A stretch of 42,765 nt of DNA from a virus. The stretch is from positions 1-42,765 of IMG/VR virus record IMGVR_UViG_3300045988_173299, one strand, 5' to 3'. The notes under the pieces were generated by a model that searched no databases, was not told the origin of the DNA, and saw only the letters and a list, made by a program, of their open reading frames with translations. Shown here one piece after another: positions 1 to 9,499 of this stretch (the first letter of the stretch is position 1; each line of letters begins with the position of its first letter). The translations under genes and the position numbers were made by a program.

Positions 1-55
1 AACCTTCCCGCGTGAAGCCTTTCAGCACGCGAGCCACAGCTGCGCGCCCTACCAA
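1..55. repeat. 55-bp exact terminal direct repeat, copy 1 (identical to 42711-42765); probable circular-contig k-mer overlap
   Basis: Bases 1-55 are identical to 42711-42765. Gene order is continuous across the junction (cro-like, then xis-like and early genes). 55 is a standard assembler k value. Confidence 0.8.
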
Positions 56-133
56 TGCATAAGAAAAGGCCTGCTCGTGTTGCTGCACGGGCAGGCCTGT
101 TAATTCCTACTGTCCCCAAGAAAGGAATCACTG

Positions 134-325
134 ATGACTATAGCACTCACGGTGAAGCAAGTCGCGGAGCGACTAGCCGCCACAGAAGCGAGCGTCTACG
201 GCTATGCGGACCGTAAACGCGACCCGTTACCGCTGTACCGGCTAGGGGAAACGCGCGGAGGTTTGCGGATTGATGAGCCGGATTTGGAGGCGTGGATTCA
301 GCGCCGGAAGGAGGAGAACCGATGA
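134..325 (+). CDS. excisionase-family HTH DNA-binding protein (Xis-like)
   Basis: 63 aa. The motif 'TVKQVAERLAATEASVY...YRLGETRGGLRIDEPDLEAWI' is a MerR/excisionase-type HTH. RBS aagaaaggaa precedes the ATG. It is the first gene of the early operon and lies adjacent to the cro/repressor switch. Confidence 0.6.
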   Translation: MTIALTVKQVAERLAATEASVYGYADRKRDPLPLYRLGETRGGLRIDEPDLEAWIQRRKEENR

Positions 326-540
326 GCCAGCATGATGACCTTTTCGACCTGGTGGACGCGTGCGACCTGCGAGTACCGGACAAGCACACGATTAATGAAC
401 GCCCTGACCTACTCGAGCTCTACACACGTCGTCCGCGTCGTATTGAGCCGCACGCTCCGAAAATGGACCGATGGTTCTTCTGGACCTCCATTATCACCTT
501 CGGCGTCTACGTATTCCTAGCGCTGGTGATGTGCCTATGA
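323..540 (+). CDS. hypothetical early protein with a C-terminal transmembrane helix
   Basis: The ATG at 323 overlaps the previous stop (translational coupling). The C-terminus 'WFFWTSIITFGVYVFLALVMCL' is hydrophobic. Confidence 0.45.
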
Positions 541-986
541 AAACCATGACACGGCAGAAAACCTGCGCCATCCCCGGCTGCCACCGACTACCCGCAGCAA
601 AAGGGAAATGCACCCACCACCTCGGACTCACCACCACACCCACCACCGACCAGAAAGGCCGACACGTGCCCCGCGTATTCGAACTGCTCGACAGCATCCC
701 CAGCGGCCAGCGCCAACTTAAGACCCTCACCGGCGACTTCAAACTGCTTGCCGACAAGCTCTGCGACAACCCAGGAATGTACATCCGCGTGCCACATGAC
801 CTCCTCGCCGACAAATTCGGCTTCCTGACCGACACGGAGAAACGCAAGGCGCTACACCGCCTGTACAACCAGGTGCGGACCGGAGCCGCATGGCGCCACC
901 CCGACGGAAAGTTCGACGCTGCTCTCCGAGTCGGCGACAACTACGGCATCTATGTCACCTTCATCCCAAACGGGGAGCGCAAATGA
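537..986 (+). CDS. hypothetical Cys/His-rich (zinc-ribbon-like) early protein
   Basis: ATGA start/stop overlap with the upstream ORF. The N-terminus carries 'CAIPGCHRLPAAKGKCTHH'. Confidence 0.5.
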   Translation: MKTMTRQKTCAIPGCHRLPAAKGKCTHHLGLTTTPTTDQKGRHVPRVFELLDSIPSGQRQLKTLTGDFKLLADKLCDNPGMYIRVPHDLLADKFGFLTDTEKRKALHRLYNQVRTGAAWRHPDGKFDAALRVGDNYGIYVTFIPNGERK

Positions 987-1216
987 GAACACCCGCTGAC
1001 ATGCCAACCATAATTCCGGCGACAACCGCGGCGGACCTCATGGAAGAACGAGACAACCACACGCCCGACCCGTGGGAGGTTGAGAAAGCACGCCTTGCAG
1101 CCCTGGCTGACCAGGTTGTTTTCGTATACCAGGAGATGCGTGACGTCAGCTCGGCTGACGCCATTGTCCTGACCGAGCTCGTCCTAAACCGCTTCGACGA
1201 CGGGGTGCGCCCGTGA
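983..1216 (+). CDS. hypothetical early protein
   Basis: ATG at 983 in frame with ORF 890..1216. Belongs to the chain of overlapping start/stop codons. Confidence 0.45.
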   Translation: MRTPADMPTIIPATTAADLMEERDNHTPDPWEVEKARLAALADQVVFVYQEMRDVSSADAIVLTELVLNRFDDGVRP

Positions 1217-1404
1217 CACTTCGTCGATTAGCCGATGCTGAGCGCGCGCAGATCCGCAGCGATTACCGGCAGCTTCGCCGCCAAAGACTCTCTTCGCACG
1301 GCACCGTGCGCCGCATTTCCGAGGCCCGCCGAGTACTACCCGAAGTTGTCGCACACATCTGCGGTGACCTCATCGACGCCGACCAGCCACGGGACAGCCA
1401 GTGA
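1213..1404 (+). CDS. hypothetical early protein (Arg-rich)
   Basis: GTG start overlaps the previous stop (GTGA). Confidence 0.4.
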   Translation: MTLRRLADAERAQIRSDYRQLRRQRLSSHGTVRRISEARRVLPEVVAHICGDLIDADQPRDSQ

Positions 1405-1634
1405 GCAAAGAAGCCTACATAGAGCACCTGGCGCACCGCGCGCTCTACACCGAGTACGCACGCCCAGGGGTCGGCTGCCACCCAGCACTCAAACGGTTGC
1501 TGTATGAGCGCGGCTGGGCAGACTCCGCAACCGGGCGCCTGACCGACGCAGGGCGCCGCCACATGACCTACCTCATCAACCAGCACATCATCAGCGGTAC
1601 CCCAATCCCAGGAGATCCATATGAATCCTGCTGA
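1401..1634 (+). CDS. hypothetical early protein
   Basis: GTG start overlaps the previous stop; 77 aa. Confidence 0.4.
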   Translation: MSKEAYIEHLAHRALYTEYARPGVGCHPALKRLLYERGWADSATGRLTDAGRRHMTYLINQHIISGTPIPGDPYESC

Positions 1635-1764
1635 ATTCCCAGATGTCCGGCCACCACAAGAGCGAGCCGATGACCGCATGGACGTTGTGTCTGCCGTCGG
1701 CTGCGCAGCCGGGCTCGTCCTCATCATCCTTTTACTCGCCGTCATTTGCATCACCACCTACTAA
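1621..1764 (+). CDS. small membrane protein (47 aa, below the ORF-track cutoff)
   Basis: Manual translation gives MNPAEFPDVRPPQERADDRMDVVSAVGCAAGLVLIILLLAVICITTY*. It has a strong TM helix, overlaps the previous gene end, and stops at 1762-1764. Confidence 0.4.
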   Translation: MNPAEFPDVRPPQERADDRMDVVSAVGCAAGLVLIILLLAVICITTY

Positions 1765-1776
1765 AAGGAGACCACC

Positions 1777-2214
1777 ATGACTGTCCCTGTTGACCACATC
1801 GAAAAGCTTCGTGCCACCGCCACGAAGGTCATTACCGGCCTGCATGAAATGCGGCAGGTGTTCCAAGAAATTGAGGGTTTTTGCCTCGACTGGGTAGACG
1901 AAGCCGGGGCGCTGGACGAACCGCATATCGCACGCGCTGAGGAATCAGCCGAGCAGTCTGCCGTCACTACGCCACAGCCAGCATCCGAACCGGCCCCGAA
2001 GCCAGCACCAGCGCCTACCTCCGAACCCGAGCCAGCACCAGAGCCGGAGCACCCAACCCTCGAAGAAGTCCGCGGCGTACTCGCAGCCCTCGCACAAGCC
2101 GGCAAAGCCGACCAAGTCCGCGAACTACTCCACACCCACGGCGCCGACAAGCTCTCCGACGTCGAACCGCAGCATCGCGCCGCCCTCATCACCGAAGCAA
2201 AGGCAATCCAATGA
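1777..2214 (+). CDS. hypothetical protein with a Pro/Ala-rich linker
   Basis: RBS aaaggag lies 8 nt before the ATG. 145 aa with a central 'PAPKPAPAPTSEPEPAPEPE' linker. Confidence 0.55.
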   Translation: MTVPVDHIEKLRATATKVITGLHEMRQVFQEIEGFCLDWVDEAGALDEPHIARAEESAEQSAVTTPQPASEPAPKPAPAPTSEPEPAPEPEHPTLEEVRGVLAALAQAGKADQVRELLHTHGADKLSDVEPQHRAALITEAKAIQ

Positions 2215-3638
2215 CCTACCAACCCCTGGCCACCGTCGACGACATCGACCTGACCGCCGACGACGCCTTCAACCAAATCTCACTGCGCATCGCAGAGCTC
2301 GGAGCTACTCACGTCCGAGACACCAGGCACAACGTGTGGAAAATGCGGGCATGGATGAACAAGAAATCCATACCGCTCGACCACTCGACAAACGCCCCAA
2401 CCCGACTACCTTTCAAACAAATCGAGTCCCTAGGCACCGTCGAGCCAGACCCCACACCACCGCCGGCCGGAGAACCTGAAGGGCAGCGACCGCACCACAC
2501 CGAACGCGCCCACGCCCTCCTATCCGCATCATCCTCACACCGGTGGCTGAACTGCCCACCATCAGCAGTCATCGCCGATAAGCAGCCGCAGCCTGCGGAC
2601 AGCCCCGCAGCCGCCGAAGGTACCGCAGCCCACGAACTGGCCGAGCACAAACTTCGCAAGGCCCTCAAGCTCCGCTCCGACTACCCGGCAAGCGACTTCA
2701 TCGACGAAGACATGCAGGAGCACACCGACACCTACGTCACCTTCGTCCTCGACCAGTACAAGGCCGCACGCGACCGCACACCAGACGCACAGATCCTCAT
2801 CGAGCAGCGCCTGGACTTCTCCGACATTGTCCCTGACGGATTCGGCACCGGCGACGCGCTCATCATCGACGACACCACCCTGCACATCATCGACCTGAAA
2901 TACGGCCAGGGTGTCCTCGTCGACGCGGAGAACAACCCACAGATGAAGCTCTACGCGCTAGGGGCGCTGAACCTCCTGGGTTACCTCTACGACGTAGACG
3001 AGGTCGCCATGACGATCTACCAGCCCCGCAGGGACAACATCAGCACCTGGCGGTGCAGCGTCGACGACCTACACACATGGGCTGCCGACACCGTTGCTCC
3101 CGTGGCGAAACTCGCCGCGGCAGGGGAGGGCGACTTCACCGCAGGCGACTGGTGCGGATTCTGCCCCATCAAAGCCACCTGCCGAGCCCGAGCCGACAAG
3201 AACCTGGAAATCGCACAGCACGAATTCCGCCGACCCGCCGAGCTCACCGACACCGAAATCGCCGACGTACTCACCCGGCTACCCGAGGTGAAAAAGTGGG
3301 CGACCGACGTGGAAAAGTACGCGAACACCGCGGCTATCGACCACGGCAAAAAGTTCCCAGGCTTCAAACTCGTTGAAGGCCGAAGCGTCCGCAAGTTCAC
3401 CGACCCCAATGCTGTGGCGACAGCAGCCATCGATGCGGGATACCCCGACGTGTACGAAAAGAAACTGCTCGGCATCACAGCAATGGAGAAGTACCTCACC
3501 AAGCCAGTATTCGCTGATGTCCTCGGCGGTCTGGTCATCAAACCAGCTGGCAAGCCAACACTGGTGCCGGTATCTGACAGGCGCCCAGAGATTCAGGGCA
3601 ACAGCGCCCAAGACGACTTCGGAGGAACCGCAGCATGA
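2211..3638 (+). CDS. PD-(D/E)XK exonuclease, Cas4/RecB-like (DUF2800-type), 4-Cys
   Basis: N-terminal Cys 'HRWLNCPP'. Motifs 'GDALIIDD...IIDLKYGQG' (D...D/ExK). C-terminal 'CGFCPIKATC' is the Cas4-type FeS cysteine triad. Its position upstream of the SSB-like and PolA genes is typical. Confidence 0.65.
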   Translation: MTYQPLATVDDIDLTADDAFNQISLRIAELGATHVRDTRHNVWKMRAWMNKKSIPLDHSTNAPTRLPFKQIESLGTVEPDPTPPPAGEPEGQRPHHTERAHALLSASSSHRWLNCPPSAVIADKQPQPADSPAAAEGTAAHELAEHKLRKALKLRSDYPASDFIDEDMQEHTDTYVTFVLDQYKAARDRTPDAQILIEQRLDFSDIVPDGFGTGDALIIDDTTLHIIDLKYGQGVLVDAENNPQMKLYALGALNLLGYLYDVDEVAMTIYQPRRDNISTWRCSVDDLHTWAADTVAPVAKLAAAGEGDFTAGDWCGFCPIKATCRARADKNLEIAQHEFRRPAELTDTEIADVLTRLPEVKKWATDVEKYANTAAIDHGKKFPGFKLVEGRSVRKFTDPNAVATAAIDAGYPDVYEKKLLGITAMEKYLTKPVFADVLGGLVIKPAGKPTLVPVSDRRPEIQGNSAQDDFGGTAA

Positions 3639-3739
3639 TTCTGCCACCAGCGGCGACCAGAGACCCGCCGGCAACCACCACCGCAGCAAAGCACCAACTA
3701 TCACCATTTTTCCTATCAGCCCCAAGGAGGCTACCCATC

Positions 3740-4282
3740 ATGACCACCCGCATTGTCACCGGAGAAGTCCGCTTGTCCTACGCCAACGTCTGGGAGCCGC
3801 GCTCCATTAACGGCAGCGACCCCAAGTACTCCGTTTCCATCCTCATCCCGAAGACCGACACCGCCACCATCAAGCAGGTCGAGGACGCCGTCGAGCACGC
3901 CATCCAGGACGGCATCGGAAAGTTCGGCGGAAAAATCCCGCCACGCGGCAGCCTGAAGCTCCCACTGCGAGACGGCGACCTCGAACGCGACAGCGAGGAA
4001 TACGCAGGGCACTACTTCATCAACGCCAATAGCAAGATGCAGCCGCAGATCGTTGACCAGAACGTCCAGCCCATCATCGATGAGTCGCAGGTGTACTCCG
4101 GCTGCTACGGGCGCGTCAGCGTCAACTTCTACGCCTTCAACACCAACGGAAACCGAGGTGTTGCAGCAGGGCTCGGCAACATCCAGAAGCTCCGCGACGG
4201 CGAAGCCCTCGGCGGGGGAGTCTCCGCAGTAGCCGACTTCGGCGCACCCACCGGAGGCGCTGCAGAGGATTTCCTCGCATAA
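3740..4282 (+). CDS. DUF2815-like phage protein (putative ssDNA-binding)
   Basis: RBS aaggagg precedes the ATG at 3740. The N-terminus 'MTTRIVTGEVRLSYANVWEP' matches the conserved DUF2815 start. Sits between the DUF2800 and PolA genes. Confidence 0.55.
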   Translation: MTTRIVTGEVRLSYANVWEPRSINGSDPKYSVSILIPKTDTATIKQVEDAVEHAIQDGIGKFGGKIPPRGSLKLPLRDGDLERDSEEYAGHYFINANSKMQPQIVDQNVQPIIDESQVYSGCYGRVSVNFYAFNTNGNRGVAAGLGNIQKLRDGEALGGGVSAVADFGAPTGGAAEDFLA

Positions 4283-4298
4283 CCCCACCTGTTAGTTA

Positions 4299-4328
4299 GC
4301 CACCACAGCGCCCCGGCAGTTGTATCCG
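4299..4328 (+). promoter_or_regulatory. perfect 10-bp stem-loop (gcgccccggc...gccggggcgc) between the SSB-like and polA genes, no U-tail
   Basis: Inverted repeat seen directly in the sequence. Not followed by a T-run, so it is not a canonical terminator. Possibly an attenuator or processing structure. Confidence 0.3.
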
Positions 4329-4363
4329 CCGGGGCGCACCACCACAACACACACACACGAAAA

Positions 4364-6331
4364 ATGCGCACCATCTCCATCGACATCGAAACCTACTCCC
4401 CAGAACCCCTAGCCTCCGCAGGCGTCTACAAATACGCCGAACACCCAGACTTCGACATCCTCCTGCTCGCCTACAGCATCGACGACCAACCCGTCCAAGT
4501 CATCGACCTCGCCCAAGGCGAAGCAATCCCCACCCACATCCTCGCAGCGCTCACCGACTGCACCATCACCAAATACGCCTACAACGCCAACTTCGAACGC
4601 GTCTGCCTTACCCACTACCTACGAAAAAGAAACCACCTACACCCCGACGCGTACCTCAACCCCCACGGCTGGCACTGCACCATGGTGTGGGCATCCGCAC
4701 TCGGACTACCACGAAGCCTCAAAGACGTCGGCACAGCACTCGGCCTTGAACAGCAAAAAATGCGAGAAGGCCAAGCCCTTATCCGCCTGTTCTGCACCCC
4801 ACAAAAACCCCGCGGCAAACAAGCAGAACTATTCGACACCACCCGCACCAGCCCACGCGACCAACCCGACAAATGGGCCACCTTCATCGAATACTGCCGC
4901 CGAGACGTCGAAGTCGAAACCCGCATCCGCCACAAACTCGACCAATTCCCACTACCAGACTGGGTATGGGGGCAGTACTGGGACGACCAGCGCATTAATG
5001 ACCGCGGCATCACCGTCGACCTGACCCTCGCCAAAGCAGCCATCGACGCCGACACCAACCACCGCAGCACCTGCATGGAACGCGCCCGCCGAATCACCGA
5101 GCTCGACAACCCCAACAGCCCAACCCAACTCCTCGGCTGGCTCAACAACCACGGCTGCCCCATCGACTCACTGGCCAAAGCACACGTCACCGACGCGCTG
5201 ACCACCGCCACCGGGCAAGTGAAAACAGTCCTCGAACTCCGCCAAGAACTATCCCGCTCCAGCGTCAAAAAATACCAAGCAATGCTCGACGCCACCTGCA
5301 CAGACGGGCGCGCACACGGACTCATCCAGTTCTACGGGGCAGGGCGCACAGGACGCTGGGCCGGCCGACTCATCCAGGTTCAAAACCTTCCCCGCAACTA
5401 CCTGCCAGATCTTGACACCGCCAGAGCACTGATCCGCGACGGCAACGCCGACACCGCCGAAATGCTCTACGACAGCCTGCCCGACACACTCTCACAACTG
5501 ATCCGCACCGCGTTCATACCCACACCCGGGACGCGCTTCATCGTCGCCGACTACTCCGCCATCGAAGCCCGCGTACTGGCATGGCTCGCAGGCCAAGACG
5601 ACACACTCCAAGCCTTCCGAGACGGAAAAGACCTCTACTGCGCCACCGCCACAGCAATGTTCGGCGTACCCGTCGACAAACACGGCCCTAACGCAGAGCT
5701 CCGACAAAAAGGAAAAATCGCAGTGCTGGCCTGCGGCTACCAAGGCGGGGTAGGGGCCATCCGCACCATGGGCGGAGAGCGCATGGGCATGACCGACACT
5801 GAAATGAAAAACACTGTCGACGCCTGGCGCAACGCCAACACCAACATCGTCACCTACTGGTGGGACATCGACACCGCCGCGAAAAACACCATCAAAACCG
5901 GCCAACCCCAGCAGGTACGAAACATCACACTGCACATGGACGCAGGCATTCTCTTCATCATCCTGCCCTCCGGACGCAAACTCGCATACCCCGGAGCAGG
6001 AATCGGAACCAACCGCTTCGGCGGAGAATCAATCATCTTCTACGGCCCCGGACTCGGCGGAAAATTCGCCCGCCAAGAAACCTACGGCGGCAAACTCGTC
6101 GAGAACATCACACAAGCAGTCGCCCGCGACCTACTAGCCCACGCCATCGGGCTCATCGAAAACGCCGGCCACCACATCGTCATGCACATCCACGACGAAG
6201 TCGTCATCGAAGCCCCACCGGCCACCACCATCGCCGAGATCTGTGACCTCATGGCCCGCAACCCCACGTGGGCACCAGACATACCACTCACAGCCGACGG
6301 CTACGAGTGCACAAGCTACCGAAAAGACTAG
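4364..6331 (+). CDS. DNA polymerase I family A with N-terminal 3'-5' exonuclease
   Basis: Exo I motif 'ISIDIETYS' and Exo II motif 'YCRRDVEVE'. Pol motif A 'DYSAIEARVLAWLAG', motif B 'RQKGKIAVLACGYQGG', motif C 'IHDEVV'. Confidence 0.9.
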   Translation: MRTISIDIETYSPEPLASAGVYKYAEHPDFDILLLAYSIDDQPVQVIDLAQGEAIPTHILAALTDCTITKYAYNANFERVCLTHYLRKRNHLHPDAYLNPHGWHCTMVWASALGLPRSLKDVGTALGLEQQKMREGQALIRLFCTPQKPRGKQAELFDTTRTSPRDQPDKWATFIEYCRRDVEVETRIRHKLDQFPLPDWVWGQYWDDQRINDRGITVDLTLAKAAIDADTNHRSTCMERARRITELDNPNSPTQLLGWLNNHGCPIDSLAKAHVTDALTTATGQVKTVLELRQELSRSSVKKYQAMLDATCTDGRAHGLIQFYGAGRTGRWAGRLIQVQNLPRNYLPDLDTARALIRDGNADTAEMLYDSLPDTLSQLIRTAFIPTPGTRFIVADYSAIEARVLAWLAGQDDTLQAFRDGKDLYCATATAMFGVPVDKHGPNAELRQKGKIAVLACGYQGGVGAIRTMGGERMGMTDTEMKNTVDAWRNANTNIVTYWWDIDTAAKNTIKTGQPQQVRNITLHMDAGILFIILPSGRKLAYPGAGIGTNRFGGESIIFYGPGLGGKFARQETYGGKLVENITQAVARDLLAHAIGLIENAGHHIVMHIHDEVVIEAPPATTIAEICDLMARNPTWAPDIPLTADGYECTSYRKD

Positions 6332-6344
6332 GAGACCAACCACC

Positions 6345-8771
6345 ATGACCACCACGAGCCGAGAGCTGAAAATAGCCGAGGCACCAACTCGGCTCGCCAC
6401 CCACTGGACAAACCACAAAATCACCTGGCAAGCACTCACCGCACGCCTCCAAGACGCCGCTATTAGCCCCAACACCATTGCCCAGTACCAGGCGCTACCC
6501 AAGGACAAGCAAGCCGACGCCAAGGACGTCGGAGGGTTCGTCGGAGGGCACCTCGCAGAAGGGCGACGCAAAAACGGCCATGTCCTCGCCCGCTCAATCA
6601 TCACCCTCGACATCGACTACCCGCCAGAGGACTTCCTCGACGATCTCGACATCTACGCGGCCGGCATCGCAGGGTGCCTATACTCCACCCACTCCCACGC
6701 CCCAGGGCATGAACGCTACCGGCTCGTCATCCCACTGTCCCGAGATGTCACCGCCGAAGAATACGAAGCCGCTGCACGCAAAATCGCCGAACACATCGGC
6801 ATCGACATCTTCGACGACACCACCTACGAGCCGCACAGGCTCATGTACTGGCCGAGCCGTCCCATCGACGCTGACTTCATCTACCGGCCTCTCGACACCA
6901 CCAACTGGGTCGACCCCGACGACGTGCTTGCCGAATATGACGACTGGCGTGACGTCACCACCTGGCCAGTATCCAGCCGCCAAAAAGACCGGCTCAACCG
7001 TACAGTAGGGCAGCAGGCCGACCCACTAACTAAACCGGGCATGGTCGGCGCGTTCTGCCGAGCCCACACCATCGACGACGCGATAGAAACTTTCCTATCC
7101 GACGTTTACCAGCCCACCAATAACGGCAGGTACACCTACCGGGCAGGTGAATCCACCAACGGCGTCGTCACCTACGGAGACAAGTTCGCGTACTCCCACC
7201 ACGGCACCGACCCGGCCGGCGGGCAGCTCTGCAACGCGTTCGACCTCGTCCGCATCCACCTATTCGGCACCGACGACGCGGACGTTAAACCGAGAACCCC
7301 GGCCCACAAACTGCCGTCATTCAAACGCATGGTGGAGCTCGCCAAAAACGACGAAGCCACCAACCGCCAATACGCCGACGAACTCCGCGAACAAGTCATC
7401 TCCGACTTCACCGACAACGACCAGCAACCCGACACCAGCTGGCTGGAAAAAATCGCCCGCAAAAACAACGGAGCCATCGAAGAATCCCTCGGCAACATCG
7501 CCCTGATCATCACCAACGACCCAGGACTACAGGAAATCAGGTACAACCAACTATCCGAAACCATCGATGTCCGCGACCCCCAAAAACTGCCCTGGCAGCA
7601 AGTCAAACCAGGCTGGTCAGACACCGACATCGCCCAGCTCAAGCTGTACCTAGAAAACCGATACCAGCTCTACAGCTCGACGAAAACCATGGAAGCTCTC
7701 GACATCGCGGCAGGCACCCGCGCATACCACCCAATCCGCGACTACCTCGACAACCTGCCCGCCTGGGACGGGGTACAGCGCATCGACACGCTCCTTGTCG
7801 ACTACCTCGGAGCAGACAACACCGACTACGTGCGCGCAGTCACCCGTAAAACCCTCATCGCCGCGGTAAGGCGCATCTACCGGCCAGGCACCAAGTTCGA
7901 TACCGTGCTGATTCTCTCCGGCCCCCAGGGCACCGGCAAATCCACCCTGTTCGCAAAACTCGCAGGCGACTGGTTCTCCGACGCACTGTCACTGACCGAC
8001 ATGAAGGACAAGACCGGCTCGGAAAAGCTGCAGGGCTACTGGATCCATGAGCTCGGCGAGCTGGCCGGCATGCGCAAGATGGAAGTCGAAGTCGTCAAGG
8101 GCTTCATCTCCCGCACAGACGATAAGTACCGCGCCTCATACGCGCGTGTTGTCGAGTCGCACCCGCGACAATGCATCATCGTCGGCTCCACCAACGCCGA
8201 AAACGGCTTCCTGCGGGACGTCACCGGAAACAGGCGGTTCTGGCCTGTGGCCATCACCGGCGAGTCAGAACGCAAAACCTGGGGGCTGGACGCAGAAACG
8301 GTGGGGCAGATCTGGGCGGAGGCATTGGCCGCGCACCGGGCGGGGGAGCCACTGCACCTGACCGGTGCGCTGGCGGAAGACGCGACTCGGGCGCAGGACG
8401 CGGCCATCGAAACCGATGACCGCGTCGGGGTTGTGCAGGAGTACCTGGACACTGACCTGCCGGCGGGGTGGCGAGAAATGACAGTGCCACAACGCCGCGC
8501 CTACCTAGCAGGCCACGCCCCGTCAGCGGAGTTCGGTGGCGCCCCAGAGACGCGGTTTCCCCGGATGGAAGTGTCGAACGCCGAGATCTGGTCGGAGTGC
8601 TTCGGCAACGAGCCGGGGGATATGCAGCCGAAGGACTCTTACGCGATCAGCGCGATTATGAAGAAACTCGACGGGTGGGAGAAGCCGGGAAACAGAGGAG
8701 GTTTCAAACGTGTGTTCCCATATGGAAAGCAGCGAATTTACCGCAGGAAAGTCGAGCAACCGCCGTTCTAA
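6345..8771 (+). CDS. bifunctional primase-polymerase (PrimPol) / SF3 helicase (VirE/D5-like)
   Basis: RBS aggag precedes the ATG at 6345. N-terminal archaeo-eukaryotic primase-like motifs ('ITLDIDYP', 'STHSH'). C-terminal Walker A 'LSGPQGTGKST' and Walker B region 'CIIVGSTN'. Confidence 0.75.
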   Translation: MTTTSRELKIAEAPTRLATHWTNHKITWQALTARLQDAAISPNTIAQYQALPKDKQADAKDVGGFVGGHLAEGRRKNGHVLARSIITLDIDYPPEDFLDDLDIYAAGIAGCLYSTHSHAPGHERYRLVIPLSRDVTAEEYEAAARKIAEHIGIDIFDDTTYEPHRLMYWPSRPIDADFIYRPLDTTNWVDPDDVLAEYDDWRDVTTWPVSSRQKDRLNRTVGQQADPLTKPGMVGAFCRAHTIDDAIETFLSDVYQPTNNGRYTYRAGESTNGVVTYGDKFAYSHHGTDPAGGQLCNAFDLVRIHLFGTDDADVKPRTPAHKLPSFKRMVELAKNDEATNRQYADELREQVISDFTDNDQQPDTSWLEKIARKNNGAIEESLGNIALIITNDPGLQEIRYNQLSETIDVRDPQKLPWQQVKPGWSDTDIAQLKLYLENRYQLYSSTKTMEALDIAAGTRAYHPIRDYLDNLPAWDGVQRIDTLLVDYLGADNTDYVRAVTRKTLIAAVRRIYRPGTKFDTVLILSGPQGTGKSTLFAKLAGDWFSDALSLTDMKDKTGSEKLQGYWIHELGELAGMRKMEVEVVKGFISRTDDKYRASYARVVESHPRQCIIVGSTNAENGFLRDVTGNRRFWPVAITGESERKTWGLDAETVGQIWAEALAAHRAGEPLHLTGALAEDATRAQDAAIETDDRVGVVQEYLDTDLPAGWREMTVPQRRAYLAGHAPSAEFGGAPETRFPRMEVSNAEIWSECFGNEPGDMQPKDSYAISAIMKKLDGWEKPGNRGGFKRVFPYGKQRIYRRKVEQPPF

Positions 8772-8774
8772 AAG

Positions 8775-9060
8775 GGTGGAACAACCTCGGGGAACAACTT
8801 GTTCCACCCCAGCGCGGGGCGCACGGTAGTGAACTGAATCACAAAATCAGTTGTTCCGCTTGTTCCGGTTGTTCCAAAAGTTGTTCCACCCTAAAAATAC
8901 CCTACTACCTCTATCTTTACCTCTACTGGAACAACTGGAACAAGAAATATAGAAGAAAAGAAAAACATAGGAATAAAGGGGCATACGCCCTATATGGCCC
9001 TTAAAACCCTTAAAACAGCGGAGCTATCTAAAGTTCGCTGTTCCTTGTTCCACCCCACCC
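8775..9060. promoter_or_regulatory. putative origin of replication: at least 10 TTGTTCC/GGAACAA iterons flanking an AT-rich core
   Basis: GGTGGAACAAC (8775), GGAACAAC (8791), TTGTTCCACC (8799, 8881, 9044), three spaced TTGTTCC (8851-8875), TGGAACAA x2 (8927-8944). AT-rich stretch 8891-9010. Immediately downstream of the primase-helicase gene. Confidence 0.55.
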
Positions 9061-9100
9061 AAAACAACACCCCACAACACCCGAACCGAGGCCGCAACCA

Positions 9101-9499
9101 ATGCGAGAAAAACAAGTCGAACAAAAGTTCGCATACGCCATAAAACAAGCGGGAGGCAAAGCACTAAAACTCACCAGCCCCAACCTCGCCGGAGTGCCCG
9201 ACAGACTCATCCTCATGCCAGGAGGACGAGCTGCATTCGCCGAAATCAAAGCCCCCGGCAAAAAACCCAGACCACTCCAAATCCACCGCATCAACCAACT
9301 CGCAGAGCTCGGATTCACCACCTACATCATCGACCACCCCAACCAAATCCCAGACGTGATCAATGCACTACACACCGCACCCATACCAAGCCTTCACCAC
9401 CAACTACATCGAGACCCACCCGCAAGCAGCCATCATTCTTGGAATGGGAATGGGCAAAACCATCATCACCCTGACCGCCATCAACAACCTGATCTATGA
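9101..9499 (+). CDS. VRR-NUC domain nuclease
   Basis: PD-(D/E)XK motifs 'GVPDRLIL...AEIKAPGKK...Q...L'. The His-rich tail overlaps the next gene by 137 nt, so the true 3' end is uncertain. Confidence 0.6.
   Translation: MREKQVEQKFAYAIKQAGGKALKLTSPNLAGVPDRLILMPGGRAAFAEIKAPGKKPRPLQIHRINQLAELGFTTYIIDHPNQIPDVINALHTAPIPSLHHQLHRDPPASSHHSWNGNGQNHHHPDRHQQPDL

Noticed and set aside
5860-6246. Arg/His-rich 128-aa ORF inside the DNA polymerase gene
   Set aside because: Alternative-frame artefact of a GC-rich coding region; low-complexity product.
8468-9004. 178-aa plus-strand ORF overlapping the iteron region
   Set aside because: It runs through tandem iterons and an AT-rich stretch, giving a low-complexity translation (YYLYLYLYWNNWNKKYRRKEKHRNK). 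More plausibly noncoding origin DNA.
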